62,000 bases of DNA from Diadema setosum (taxonomy: Eukaryota). The stretch lies in NCBI RefSeq assembly GCF_964275005.1, contig NC_092704.1, positions 31,806,001-31,868,000 on the forward strand. Reading direction: 5' to 3'. The notes under the pieces are model-generated. The model was given only the letters and a program-made list of their open reading frames with translations, was not told the DNA's origin and made no database searches. Made by a program: the position numbers and the translations under genes. Below, piece by piece: positions 24,640-37,510 of the stretch. Every line of letters begins with the position of its first letter. Positions within the stretch are counted from its first letter, which is position 1.

Positions 24640-27600
24640 CACACACACAATAATCCAAACTATGTTTGTGCATGTGCGTGTACTAGCGCTTGTATGTGTT
24701 TGTGTGTGTACTATTTCTGGCGATTGACTGCATGTTGAACTTTCGTTATTGCAGAATCCTTTTGGACGTGACAAGGCACTCGTCCTAATGTCTGCCGCCT
24801 TATTTTTAATCAGTACTTTTGGTGAGTCGTTACGAGCTCGTGTGATGGAGCTCTTCTATGATACTGTAGATAGAATGGAATTGAATGGAAATACCTGAGA
24901 ATTACAGTATCCTGGATTTTATCTAACCTTACCTATTTTATCTAAATCTTACTGTAATGATGTGCGATTGCTGAATGGATAAATAACCGAGAAATGTCAC
25001 TATAAATATTAATTATCATTGACATGCCCCACGACTGTAAGCCTATATTATATCGTTCAACGTCATCCCCTTATATCATGAAAGTATATCATGTATAACA
25101 TACGTGACTCTGCACCACAAAATCACCGAAAAGGCGCCATTCACGAATTTCTGGTTAAGGGGGGGGGGGGGGGGATAGGAATAGACAGACTCTAAGCTTT
25201 AAAAATGGGCCTTCCCTTCTTCATTCCTTCCCAAATAGCACAGAACGTGATATATTCCACCAGAATGACAAGACTATTGTAAAGCTATAACATTTCTGTG
25301 ATATTTGAAGGTTGTTAGCCGTTAAAATTCATATAATGTACCAAATGTTCACCGTATCGTATTCTGTTTACGAGGCACAGCTACATACATGGATCCTCCT
25401 GTGGTTGTAATAATTATGATACTTATACTTCGAACAAAAGATATACATGTTAAAGCTGTCAGAAAAAAAAAAGAATTCACTAGCTCCTCTTACTTTGTTA
25501 TCAATGGAAAATAACAACACACCACTTAATGAACTACATATGCAAATAAGTGCATGACACAGGTCCGTAAAACTAGACTAGTAGTTTAGATTTGTAATTT
25601 TTTCGTATAAGTAGTACGAAAAAAATTATTCAAATCTTAACGGTCAATTTAAGTAAACAAATAAAGACCCTCTTGAGTTCAAAATTTACAGGAGGTTTCC
25701 AAATAGTGTTTTCTTCAATACTCAAGTGTTCTCACCAATTTTTCAAAAATGTGCTGCTAAAGGGATTGGCTGTCTTTAAATGACGTCATGTAATTCAGTA
25801 CACATGGACTGTCAATGCCCATCTGAATAATGGAAAAAGGCAAACACTCTGGAAAAGTGTGTACTGAGGAAAAAGAGCTTTGAATAGAGTCTAGTCACGT
25901 ACGTAACTTTACCCACTTTTGCAGCTCTCAGCAATGAATGCAATGAATAAGACTGAAAAGTCCATGGCAGCCACTGTGAAGGGATCATTAAACTTGGTAA
26001 AAGTTTACACATTATCAAGTACATTCTATGCATCACTGATACTAACTTCTAAAGCCATTGCATCATCCTTTCAAAAGTTCTAGAGTTAGAAATAAAAAAA
26101 AGAAGGATAACTAGTGCTCAAAATCAGTAAATCGACCTGACTTAGCCTTCGTTTGATCAAAACAGTGTTCTAGAAAAAACTGCAAAATAGACAATTTGCC
26201 ATTCGTTTTATTACCCAAACTAAAGAAATATGTTGAAGGAAAATTACTCCTTAAGAAAAAACAATATGATTACTATTTTACTAGGTTTTCCCATTTCACA
26301 TGTTTTCAGTCCTCATGGAAAAACAGGTCGTGCGAGACTTTTTGCTGGTTTTGTGATGCACAGTTACATATTTACGTATCACGTTCGAATCAGATGCATT
26401 AGTCAAAATCTTAATTAGATAAACATAATGGCATAATGCTGGACAATGTGCTCCCACGGGAAGAATTGTCTTGTGAATACTCTCTCATGGACAAATGTTT
26501 TTTCTTGAAAAATGACAAGAAAGGGAACAGCGAGTAATGAAATGACCAGGAGCGCAATTTGGATACCACTGAGATTAGCACACATTAGTTAGCGCATGGT
26601 TTCCGCATATACTGAAGCTGTGTGTTCCCCTGGATTGTTGATGATGCTGTGTGAATAGAATAAAGCTACCACCTAAAATTCAAGTGGAAGGAGTGCCTTA
26701 CTCTCAAAGTATTTTGATCAACCCATGGAAAGCGATCGTAATAATTTATACTGTGTGTGGCGAGAATGTTCTATCTCAGGGTATGCAATGATATTCTGGG
26801 AGGCTTTGAATGCTTCGACTTCTCACCTCGGGGTTGCTTCACTTCGCGCAAAGTCTTTTCAAGTAAACCCATCGAAATTGGATTATCCCGTCATAACATG
26901 TGTTTACACCTGCGATTGTGGAGAATTTATCAAGCCATAGGTATATCTGACATGAGTGAGAAGTTATTTCTATTGTGAAGGAAAACGTAATAAAAAAATA
27001 TCAAATTCTGAATTTCTCACAGTCATGCTACCTGTGATGGTAGCTTCGTCGAACTGTGGCCGTCCGCCACACCTCACCCTGAACTACTCCACCCGGGGAC
27101 TCCCCGCGTGTGGCAACAAGACACTGAGGAATGGATCAGTGGTAATGACCATCCCGAAACTGCTCAAACCTTCATCCGTAGTACAGACCTGCCATGGGAA
27201 AGGATACCCAATTTGTCATATACCAGGTGAAATACACATAAATAATGTATGTGAAAATGTGATATCAAATAATATGTCATATACGAAGATAGATATATTT
27301 TGATTTCTGTGGGGTCTAAAGGTGACACTCTAATTCTTGTTCAGGTTGACTTCACTAGAGTAGAAACCCAAAGGATAAAACGCTGAAACTATCATAAAAA
27401 TCGTATGTAAAGTAATAAAGTTATGGAGTGTTGGTTTGACATATGATATATACTCAGATCAATTCCGAAAAAAAAAGTTAATTCTTTCAGAGAAATGAAC
27501 TGTTACTCTTTAGGTATTCTCTCTGTTTTTAGCTCAAGGTATATTCAATTACATAGAAGTCCTACTTAATGTTTGCGTTTTTCGTGTATGAATTATGTTC

Positions 27601-30600
27601 AAACAGTCGTTGCCACGGCAACTACATCCGATCATATTATGACTCTGATATTTTTATTGCCATTTTTCTATGATATTTCTACGGCTAATTTATGCACCAG
27701 AGATATTAATTTATCGCAGTTGTAGCTGGTTTACCCCACGCCTTAGTCATGTCTTACTCCACGTAATTTATGGTCTGGAGGTATACAGGTGAAATACATG
27801 TTTCCATTTTGGTTGGACCAAGCGTCACCATGGTAACCCCATTCGTGCAAAAGTTGTGAAACGCTTTACTTCCTCTCGAATATCTGTCCACATAATTTAT
27901 TGATCTTTTGAAGCGGAGTACTAGTATGTGCATGCCCATCAGTCATCTCATTATCATTTTTCCTCATGATTGATGGTGCAGAGGGGAAATTAATAGCATT
28001 TGCTGATTAGCCTAATTATACCAAGTTTCAAGTTATCTCTCACTATCATGGCAACATGACAGATCGATGGTGCGACAGCAATCTGCTACTATCTGAAAGC
28101 TGGGTGCAGATTATAAATGGAATAAAAATACTTCAATTTATCATGTTTTGCAGTCAGCTGAAGCCCCAGATTGGCAGATTTATTAGGCAGATACCTGATA
28201 GAAATGATGCGTCGTTTGAATGTGTGTGTGGGTGTGTAGTATGTCGATGAAAAACAAAATAGTGTGGGGCCAGCCTGACAATAATCCTACTTAAAATGTT
28301 CAAGGCCTATGTTTGTTCCTAATACGACTGTTTTGTAGAAACACGTGTGATTTTAAAATTCCATGACTTTCCTATCTTAAATTCAATTTTGATTAAGCCT
28401 TTACCATTCTCTTTATGTGATTTCACTGTAATTTGTGAAAGCTAACTGGAACCTGATATGGAAATGCATAGTGATAGGCGCAAGAAAATATTGTGTTCAG
28501 TAGATACACGTACTTTGATGGGTTGCTGTGGTCATTGCTGAGGTGTTTTAAGCGGAATTACTAGTAATCAGTGATGTTCGTATGAAGTGATTCCCTGTAA
28601 TTATTTGATATTAATGACTGACAACCTTGTAAACCTTTGATTTCAGATTGCCTGTCGGGACCCTGTATAAACGGCTGGTGCGAAGAGACTATTAACGGCT
28701 ACAAATGCCACTGCCAGTCGGGATATAATGGCACTAACTGTGAAACTGGTAAGTTTGTTTATATTTATCTTCTTCCACATTTCTAGAATTATCGAAATAT
28801 AATGAAGAAGTCTCAAAAGGGCTTTACTATACCAAATTCACAAAAAAATTCAGTTGAGTAATTGAGACCGAATTCCTCAGATTATATGCAATTCCTCATT
28901 GCCGAATTATATCAAACAATAAATAACACAAGATTGATGCCTTCTCCGCTTATTAGCATACAAAATGTAAACATCATTATGTTAAACTTCTTATACCGTG
29001 CCAACCAAATCATCTCATGTAATTCTCATTATATGATTATATGATTGGGCGCTTTTCGATGACAGAGTAAATAGAATTCATCTGTAATTTCCATCATAGC
29101 ACCATCCGGGGTGGGAACGAACCAATCTGACACGTCAACTGGTTCGCTATCTAGTGAAGACGGTTCAACGAGTAGGCCTACCTCGACTACCAGATCGATG
29201 ACGACACAGTCGCACACGACGCCTTCGAGCGTCTATGAAAAGTCAACAAATACATCAAGCACGACACCAACCGACATGACCTCGACCTCACCAACAGGTT
29301 TGCTACTATTGCTTCTATGGCAACTCTTTCAGTTGCATATGAATAAAATGCGAGAAAGCTGTCACTCTATAGTGTTGTTTTCTTATGTGTTTGTTTGTGT
29401 GTGTGTGTGCGTTCTTTATAAGTATGTGTGTGTGTGTGTGTGTGTGTGTGCGTGCGTTTGAACAAGTATCTTTAGTGCTCTTCATGCCATAAGATTTTTC
29501 AGTGTGCAATCTCAATCCCTTTCTTCCTTACCATTTTTTCCAATGGCCTCACGATTATACCTCTACTACATCTCACATGAAAGTGCGCAAACCCCGACTC
29601 CCTTTCGCTCGCCATTTCGTCATTCTAGATAGAATGATCGTAATATCAGGAGTCTCCAAAGGGCTTTACCGTGACAAAGTCATGAAAATTTTTGTCTGTA
29701 TCAGATAAGTAATTCAGACCGAATTCCTCAGAAATGTATAATCATTGCCGAATTATATATAGTAAGTAATATCAGAAGATGGATTTCGTTTCCACTTATT
29801 AACAGTTAGAAACCAAGCATTTCCTTTGAAAACAAGTGTTATGTTTCAAATAATGATCTACATGCTCCATAGATGCTCTTACATTCCACTATCTTGGAAT
29901 ATATATATTTTCCCGTAATAATGTAGGTATGAGTGTCATTTGAAAATGGAGAATTGAAATATTAAGAATCCAGATAGTCGTGTTATAATAAATAGTATTG
30001 AATTATTCATAATCTTTTTCTGGAAAAAAAAAGAGAAAAAAAATATAGCATTTTTTTTTTTTTTTAAATATCGTCTTTCATAGCGAATGATATCTTACGA
30101 GGTAGTATACCAGCACCTACTTTGTGTATCACTTCATCAGGCACAATAAAGATTTCATGCTAGGAAGGAAAAAAATAATCACTTTGAAATTAGCAGAAAA
30201 AAAAATATAGTGATGATCTGATGATAGGTTTAGGTTTATATCAAAAACTCCTGTCGTGACGACAAAGTCACCTTACGCAACTTTCATTATGATTACCGGA
30301 TGAGAATTTTGGGCGCTTTTCGATCACAGAGTAAATAGAAGTCATTTATAATTTCTACCAAAGCATCGTCCGGGGCGGGAACGACCGAACCTGACACAAC
30401 ATTAACTGGTTCGCTAACTAGTGAAGACGGTTCCACGAGTACCTCGACCACCAGATCGATGACGACACAGTCACAAACGACGCCTTCGAGCGTCTGTAAA
30501 AAGTCAACGACTACAACAAGCACGACCCTGAACGACATCAACTCGACCGAACCAACAGGTTTGTTTCCATGACAACTCCTTCAGTCGCATATCGAAAATG

Positions 30601-32686
30601 CAAGAAAGCTGTCTTTCCAAGGACTGTTGTTTTCTTATGTGTGTGTGTGTGTGTTGGGGGGTTGTATGTGTGTTTTTATTATGGACACCTGATGGACTGG
30701 CCTTGAGATACTCAGATAAGTGAAACACGAATAACATTGATTCTTTTTCGTGATTTCTTTTTGTTTTACTTTTTTTTTCTTGAATCAGTTTTAACGAAGT
30801 GTCCCTTGTCCAGGTTATGTAGAATCATATTTCATGAGAAGGTCATGAGTACAAATTTGCCTAAGTTCATTTTTTAATGTTTATGTCTGTCTGTCTATCT
30901 GTGTGCACACTATACATTATAAGGGACCACTCATTTGCCCTTTGACCTCGCAGCTAGAACCCCAAAGTGCAAAAAGGAGATATTCTTCAAAGTTTTCAAA
31001 TCAAATCGTGAAATCTTATCCATTTTTCTGGCAAAGTTAGTCATTTGTTTCTTCCTGATTTACTGCAATTGTTGCTATGATGTCTTGAAATAATATCTTG
31101 TCTTCGAATGGCTAAATCTCCCAACGCTTTGGTGAAATATTTTCCGTCATTTCCTTAGTGTCCAGTTCTTTCTTTCATTCATTTATTTATTTATCTATTT
31201 ATTTATTTTTTATTTGTTCATTTATCTATTCATTTATTCATTTCTATTCATGTCTAAACAATATACAAGTGACCAAACAATATAAACAATGGTGCAGTCC
31301 ATGAAACATATTATACAGAAACGTGATATCATAATAGAGATCCTCATGATCTATATAATATACTGCTTGTAAATGCATTCGAGTCCACAGACCCTATGAA
31401 TATTCAACTTTATAATGCATATTCATGCAACAGAGATGAAGTAACATGGGCCTACCTCGCCTCTTTTCTTCTGTGACGACGTTGATTAAAATAACGATGA
31501 TATCAATACCAATGATATGGGAGGTACTTTCAGTTCGCAGTTACTTTGGTTTCCCTGTAATTACACTGTACCCACCATTGCCATTAATAACGTACCAAAT
31601 TCTACAGCCTGTCCAGTTATCCATACGCCTGATGTAGGCACATCAAGGACCTACACGTTTGATGGATGGAACATATCACGCAATGTGACGTCATTCAACC
31701 TGGAGGTTAGTGCGAATCGTGATGCTCACGTCGGTTTGTTCAGCAGTAATGCAGGAGGAGTGATGTATGAAATTGGTGAGTACCTAATTTTATTAAAACT
31801 TCTGAGAGTAGTATCGTGATATGGTGGTCTTCTTTCGACTTGTATACTTTCTCCCAACGCTCGATACTCTCATATCCAACAAGCGCAAGAAAAGACACTT
31901 GTAGTAAATCATGCATGCACGCACGCACGTTATTCTTTTTTTATCAGTTCTTTTTGAATACCTGAACTCCCATTCCTCATCTGTATTCATGTGTGTGTGT
32001 GTGGGTTTTTTTTTTAATGATTCACCAATATACGCGCACTGACACAATGCGTTGACCGACATTTTCAAGGCTGGGAGATTGGATAATTTGGATATTTGTG
32101 ATTCAATCGAACTTGTAAGCGCGAAAATTAAACATATACGGGCGAAACACTCTAAGCTATGGGTCCTATTTATTGAAACGAATTTAGCACCGCACTTCAG
32201 TTCGTCACTTCCTTTTCTAAATCAATAAAAAAACAAGTCATAACTGCTTGGCTGGGAGTCAAGATGCCGGATAAATGACAATAACGAATAAAAAAATACA
32301 CAAGACCAATTTGATCATATCATACATGTTTCAAACACGTTAAGCATAACTGTTCACGACTCTACACCTATTTATACCCAGCACTGGGAGGAGCAAATGG
32401 AAACCCAAGACAAGTCAATGTTGCCGGAGCGATGCGGCGATGTGTGTCTCCACCTTCCCAGTGCGACGGATTCATATTCGCCACTGATGACTTGTCGCTC
32501 TCCGGAATACCTCACTACGACCGCTTCTGGTTCAGTTTCGCTGGCGGTGTCGTCAAGTTTGGCCACTACGGAGAAGAAACACCTATCCTGGAAATGACTG
32601 ACCCGAACCCTGTATCGGTCGACTACATTGGCATATTTACTGGCTACGGATCTGAAGGCTACTGGAAACTCCATGGATTTTGTTGA
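18014..32686 (+). CDS. Gene B: secreted protein, signal + 4-Cys domain + EGF + two Ser/Thr stalk exons + Methyltransf_FA-like domain; join(18014-18016,24755-24821,27023-27226,28647-28748,29100-29297,30364-30558,31608-31775,32382-32686), 413 aa
   Basis: All junctions are GT-AG and phase-compatible, summing to 1242 nt ending in TGA. Exon 1 could instead be 13044-13046, or translation could start at the in-frame ATG at 24788. Confidence 0.82.
19850..20832. mobile_element. Nested GC-rich Harbinger-like MITEs (inner element 20175-20682)
   Basis: Inner TIR GGCCTTGTCATAC/GTATGACAAGGCC followed by TAA. The outer right end GCCCGGAAAGATGTGACGCGGCC|TTA is a related TIR; the outer left end was not found. 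Confidence 0.6.
21465..21866. mobile_element. Kolobok-like MITE (same family as 39273-39634 and 55312-55682, opposite orientation), CTAA target duplication
   Basis: CTAA|AGGTCCTGTTTACC ... GGTAAATAAATATGCCT|CTAA. Confidence 0.75.
24755..24821 (+). CDS. Gene B signal-peptide exon NPFGRDKALVLMSAALFLISTF
   Basis: ttgcag|AAT...TTTG|gtgagt; 67 nt, phase 0-1; same-length paralog at 43397-43463; the hydrophobic run continues into the next exon (VMLPVMVAS). Confidence 0.85.
25101..26370. mobile_element. TIR MITE, TGTGACCCTGCA family, longer diverged copy (gene B intron 2)
   Basis: GTGACTCTGCACCACAAAA ... TTTTGTGATGCACAGTTAC; internal similarity to 42547-43248. Confidence 0.72.
27023..27226 (+). CDS. 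Gene B exon: end of signal plus uncharacterised 4-Cys domain
   Basis: tcacag|TC...CCAG|gtgaaa; 204 nt, phase 1-1; 55/67 full codons encode the same residue as 44446-44649, and 10 codons differ only synonymously. Confidence 0.88.
28647..28748 (+). CDS. Gene B EGF-like exon DCLSGPCINGWCEETINGYKCHCQSGYNGTNCET
   Basis: tttcag|AT...ACTG|gtaagt; 102 nt, phase 1-1; 6 Cys; absent from the ORF track. Confidence 0.92.
29100..29297 (+). CDS. Gene B Ser/Thr-rich mucin-like stalk exon 1
   Basis: catag|CA...ACAG|gtttgc; 198 nt, phase 1-1; open frame APSGVGTNQSDTSTGS...TSTSPT. Confidence 0.82.
30364..30558 (+). CDS. Gene B Ser/Thr-rich stalk exon 2 (tandem duplicate of stalk exon 1)
   Basis: ccaaag|CA...ACAG|gtttgt; 195 nt, phase 1-1; open frame; indels relative to copy 1 preserve the frame. 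Confidence 0.78.
31608..31775 (+). CDS. Gene B Methyltransf_FA (FAMeT-like) domain, first half
   Basis: ctacag|CC...ATTG|gtgagt; 168 nt, phase 1-1; SFNLEVSANRDAHVGL...MYEI matches the F-x-V-x-A-xx-DAH...YEI pattern I recognise for this domain. Confidence 0.85.
32382..32686 (+). CDS. Gene B terminal exon: Methyltransf_FA (FAMeT-like) domain, second half
   Basis: cccag|CA acceptor, phase 1; ALGGANG...RFWFSF-GG-VKFG...PILEMTDPNP-SVDYIGIFTGYGSEGYWKL fits the domain's FW/DPxP/TGxGxxGxW pattern; ends in TGA. Confidence 0.88.
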
Positions 32687-33159
32687 GCTGACATTGATCT
32701 ACTGTATTATTTATTCGTATCGCACAAGAATGATTCAGTTCTATCTTTCACTGCACAGGTGATATTTGATCAAGGCATACACTCCGATATAGACCTATGT
32801 CGTAAAGAGTAATAACACGTGTAATTCTGTTGCTTTCAATCGATGAATTTGTCTTTCTTAAAGCAAAGCAGCTGCGAAGTCTCATTTCATATGTATTATT
32901 GCTCAGCCTGTTATTGCTGGTTTAGATAACAACAATATATATTTTTTTTTCTCCAGCTGACTTTGAAATTCATATCAAGTGACATTCATTTTGGATATTC
33001 CTGGTACGTGTCCTACGAAATTAAATGCCATGTATGATGCATGAGAGAACAGAGAGAGAAACACATAGACACAGGGGAGCAAGAATAGAAAAAGAAAACA
33101 CCACTGTACATAATCATACTGTAGGACAACACGTATTAGTGGCGAAACTCTTATAGTAA

Positions 33160-34427
33160 TATAGGTTTTCCAGGCCAATTTCGCACTTTTGTCAGTCCAT
33201 TTAATAAAAGGTTCATTCAATTTAGCGAAAATCCTCGTCACTGCACATTCTGTCATTTAAAATTGCAACTTGTTCGCTCAATTTAGCACTTCGATCAATG
33301 AAATTCGCACATTTGCCTTTTGAATTCGTAAAACGGGCATTCAAATTGGCACGTGCTCTTCAGTCATTCAAATTCGCCAGCACTGGCGGAAAATGGTATT
33401 TCAGTCATTCAATTTCGCGTATGGGCAGTCAAATTCCAAACATGTTCATTCAAATTGGCGTAATGTTAGTTCAATTTTGAAAAGGTGAGAACCGTGATTT
33501 ATGCGTATTTAAATGTGAATTTTTGTTTCATCCACACACTGCTAAGTACATAGTAAAGGTATCTTTGACCCTAAATAACGCAAGTTTGTTGTTCTTTCAC
33601 GCCCCTCCTCTTTCATACATGTTATCAGAACTATACATGCACCAGTAGATCACCTCACTTTCTTATGTCCAGTCATGGCAGCACGAGTTAGATACAGGCG
33701 TATATCTCAAGAAGACAGGGAAAGAATCATAGAAGCATTTGAGGGAAATAACCTTGACAAATTGATGGCTAGAGCTGATCCAAGAACTTTATTCCTAATG
33801 ATGATTAACGCAATATAGCACCCACCAAATGAAAATAATGAAACATACAGATGAAAGAAATAATCACGATGTAAATTGAAACCGCCTTCTACCAACTAAT
33901 GTCAAAACAAACTTAAAATTAATGTATCTGTGAATGAAATAATGCTATCGAACATCATAAACACATACACATATTTTGAAAGTACTGTTGCAGAGGTGAT
34001 ATCAGAATAAAGAATGAATACGAAAATATGAAATGTTATGATGCAAGCAAACAATACCTATGATAAATGAAAATGAAAAAAAAATAGAAGCATAAACGTG
34101 TCTGCTAAATTGACTGCAGTAAATGCGAAATTGGATGCCCAAGAATGAATTCGAATGAACGAGTGCAGCGTGTACGTGATCACGTGACTATATCATGCTA
34201 AATCGAATGAACGATTTGCGAAATGGTGCTTGTCTTACGAATTTGAACTGAAAAAGTGCTGATTCGAATGATGTTAAAGGTAATTTGAATGCTCCAAAAT
34301 GAATTTGAATGAAAAGATTATAAAATTGAAATACCGACCATGCCATCTAGGCTAAATCGTGCTAAACTGAATGCAGCAATTATGAATTGGACTGAAAAAA
34401 GTGCAAAATTGGCCGGGAAAACCTATA
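33160..34427. mobile_element. Non-autonomous TIR element with many subterminal TTCAA(A)TT motifs
   Basis: TATAGGTTTTCCAGGCCAATTTCGCACTTTT..CAGTCCA ... TGGACTGAAAAAAGTGCAAAATTGGCCGGGAAAACCTATA. Confidence 0.8.
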
Positions 34428-34703
34428 CTATATGTCGTTATGACTGAGAAGACGATTTTCGATTAAACAAAAAAAAAAAAAAAAACACTACCATGCCAAA
34501 TTAAATATCATAATCTAGCTAATACATAAACTAACAATAGAGAGACGGGTGTCAGAACATCTCAAAAGCTTTGTGTTATGATAGTCATGTTAGGTTGAAA
34601 TATATTTTAGAATGTTCATAAGAGAATTATTCAATACTTATTTTGCGAATATTACATTATTTTGTAGTTAGTTTCCGTAACGGCCGTTTTTAATTTAGGG
34701 TTA

Positions 34704-35100
34704 TTAAAGGTATTAGCCCACATTTGTAAACCTGCAGCAATTGGTCTCATAGTTAGCATGGAGTTTGGGTATGATTGCAGTAACACCTGTGCAAAATTTC
34801 GTTCCAATTAGTCCATTACTTTCATAAAAATAAATGAAAATGCACCGTAATCCGTATGCATGCGTATAACGCTCGCTAGCTCCGGTCCACGTACGTGTTA
34901 CGTATTTCGATTTTGGGTCGGGTTGACCCGGTTTGAAAATTGATTTTAAAACGATGATTTTCTCTCTTTTATCGAATGGTATAGACAAAGAGCGACAGGT
35001 GAGGTATGTTATTGTTATAACTTGTACTTGAAGTCATATTGGACCTGTTTTATGCAGTTTTGATTTTCGTGGGTTTGCAAATGTGGGCTAGTACCTTTAA
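34704..35100. mobile_element. Kolobok-like MITE
   Basis: TTAA|AGGTATTAGCCCACATTTG ... CAAATGTGGGCTAGTACCT|TTAA. Confidence 0.82.
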
Positions 35101-35118
35101 AGTGTCACGTTTTAGGGA

Positions 35119-35414
35119 TTAAAGGGATAGTATAGTTTCGAGACCTTCAGGTTTCTAACACTTTCTGGTGAGATGATGAGGAAAATATGAAAGATGTTCA
35201 AAACAGAGCATTCCTAAGGTGGGACCCACCTTTTGTTTATATGATCGCTTTGTTCTGATTTGTTTTTTGGATGTCTCAGCCATTTCAAAACCGATTTTCA
35301 TCGAATAAACTTTGAATTCCTCTTGAAAATGGTATGCTCTGTATAATTTGATATTAAAGAGTATCATAAGAAGTTCATTCCTCATCTCCACTTATACTAT
35401 ACCATCCCTTTTAA
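35119..35414. mobile_element. Kolobok-like MITE (family also at 54056-54443, partial copies at about 11920-12075 and 53237-53400)
   Basis: TTAA|AGGGATAGTATAG ... CTATACCATCCCT then TTAA; shared internal ctcagccatttcaaaacc. Confidence 0.78.
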
Positions 35415-36823
35415 GTTATCTGTAGGGTTGATATTATATCAAAACCCGCTTCTTTTACATGTTTATACCCTCTGTGATGCTCATTGCTTCCAACAGTTTG
35501 GAGTTTTATGGCCTATTTTCGCAGAATATGCCTACCTTATTGTTCCAATTCACAAATTTCTAAGCCTACAACTCCAGTAAAAAAAAAAAAAAAAGATGTA
35601 TAACTTGGACACACGTTTTGTTCACGTGCGTCCATATTAGACGTGCTTGATATATATGTATACAGTTATTCATAGATACACACCTATTATATACCCAAAT
35701 CCATTTATCTAAGATTATGTATATAAATATATACGTGCGCTTTTGGGAATGGGGGCCAGGATGGAGGACAGTTAATGATCGTAACATGTACATGTAGAAC
35801 AGTCACGTTTGGGTTCAACCTGCTTTGTATGCTTCTCGACGTGCAGCGGGTGATGGTGATCGCATGTGCGTGACTGCCACCAGACAAATGACGTCACCAC
35901 GCTATGATATTGAAATGGTCACCAGACAGAATGAAATTAGTGGACATTTCTTTCTCAAATATCCATAAGGGGGGGGGGTGAAGAGGAGATTGAAGTCACC
36001 CACGTACAACAAGGCGAATGCAGAGGCATTTTATATCTAATAAATGGACGCTTTGCATTTCATTTCATCAGCTTAACTGCTCGTTTATATTTTCAGTGAG
36101 GCTGGCAAAAGTTATTATAGGCAAAGACATCAACTAATTGTAAAACAACTACAATGTACATAATATTCTTTTTTTTTTTGTTTCTGCTCTGCCATTATGT
36201 AGTACAGTAACATGTCCATGTATATGTGTTTCATATTAAAATTCTTATGTAATAACACGTGAAAATGTGGTTTTACAATATTTTATATCACTGGAGATGC
36301 TTTTTCAATTTTCAGTCAGAATTGGTAAAATTGAGAACGCCATTATTATTATTCTTTTTTATACAGCTAGTGGCACAAACAATTTGTTATTTGTCTTGTT
36401 GTCTGTTAAGTTTGTTTTTTCACATTATTATTGATAGCGAATTATTTGGGTTGTTCCCCTCTCCACTTAATATGAAAAAGAATTGAAAAGACGCGATTGA
36501 AATATTATGAAAGAAGTTTTTAATGGTGGAATGAGTATTGAATGAGGAAATTTGTAATTCGTTAAGTTCTATACTTTTCCATATCATTTAATTCGTCGAT
36601 TAATGACTGATGAGTATCATTCTATTGCAGTAACCCTGAAATGCTTGAGTAACGAGACTTCTGTTTAGACTTATTGTACCAGGGTGGTGACATCCTTGAT
36701 TGTACCTATTAACCTGTCCAATAAATCCATTTAATCCATCGCAAACTGTTGAAATGCATCATTTATGTTAAAGTTTCAAGACGGAGACCAAATACCCACT
36801 AATATAATATATGGACATGATAT

Positions 36824-36864
<41 letters not shown>

Positions 36865-37063
36865 CATAAATATGCATATATACAAGGAGGTGTGGCCTGT
36901 TTATTGGCCTAGGTGTAAGAAGAAGATGGCTCAATTTCGAGTGACGCTGCTGGGACCATGCCGTCCGAGGAACAAGAGGGAGGAATAAAGTTGTTATAAC
37001 TTTAAGTTTACGTGTGATGATGGTGAATCATTCCGTGTCACGAATTTCCCTCATTCCGTAGTA

Positions 37064-37235
<172 letters not shown>

Positions 37236-37510
37236 GTGTGTGTTTGTGTGTCTGTGTGTATTTATATACATAAATCATGTTTAGTATTTATGTTAAATTC
37301 AATACACAAACGCTACCACATTTTACCGTATATCTGCACATTATCATCCAGACACATGTACCCTAAACTTACCCTAAACTTAAAGTTATCACATTTTTTA
37401 TTTGATAAATGAACGATTTTTTTTAAACACCGTCACTTTTTGAAAATATGCCGTGCGACCCTGCAAACTAACACAAAATTCAAAGTTTACCATGTTCTTT
37501 TTAATGTCTC

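Larger units (their letters stand above)
28855..30680 (+). repeat. Intragenic tandem duplication carrying the gene B stalk exon
   Basis: agaccgaattcctcaga...cattgccgaattatat recurs at about 28865 and 29716; both exon flanks also align. Confidence 0.85.

Noticed and set aside
29029..30541. Minus-strand Val-rich ORFs (29029-29217, 30293-30541; likewise 47443-47889)
   Set aside because: They are antisense shadows of the Ser/Thr-rich stalk exons.
31517..31607. N-terminal part of ORF 31517-31819 as an independent start for a FAMeT gene
   Set aside because: Domain similarity starts after the ctacag acceptor at 31607; the upstream part is best read as intron.
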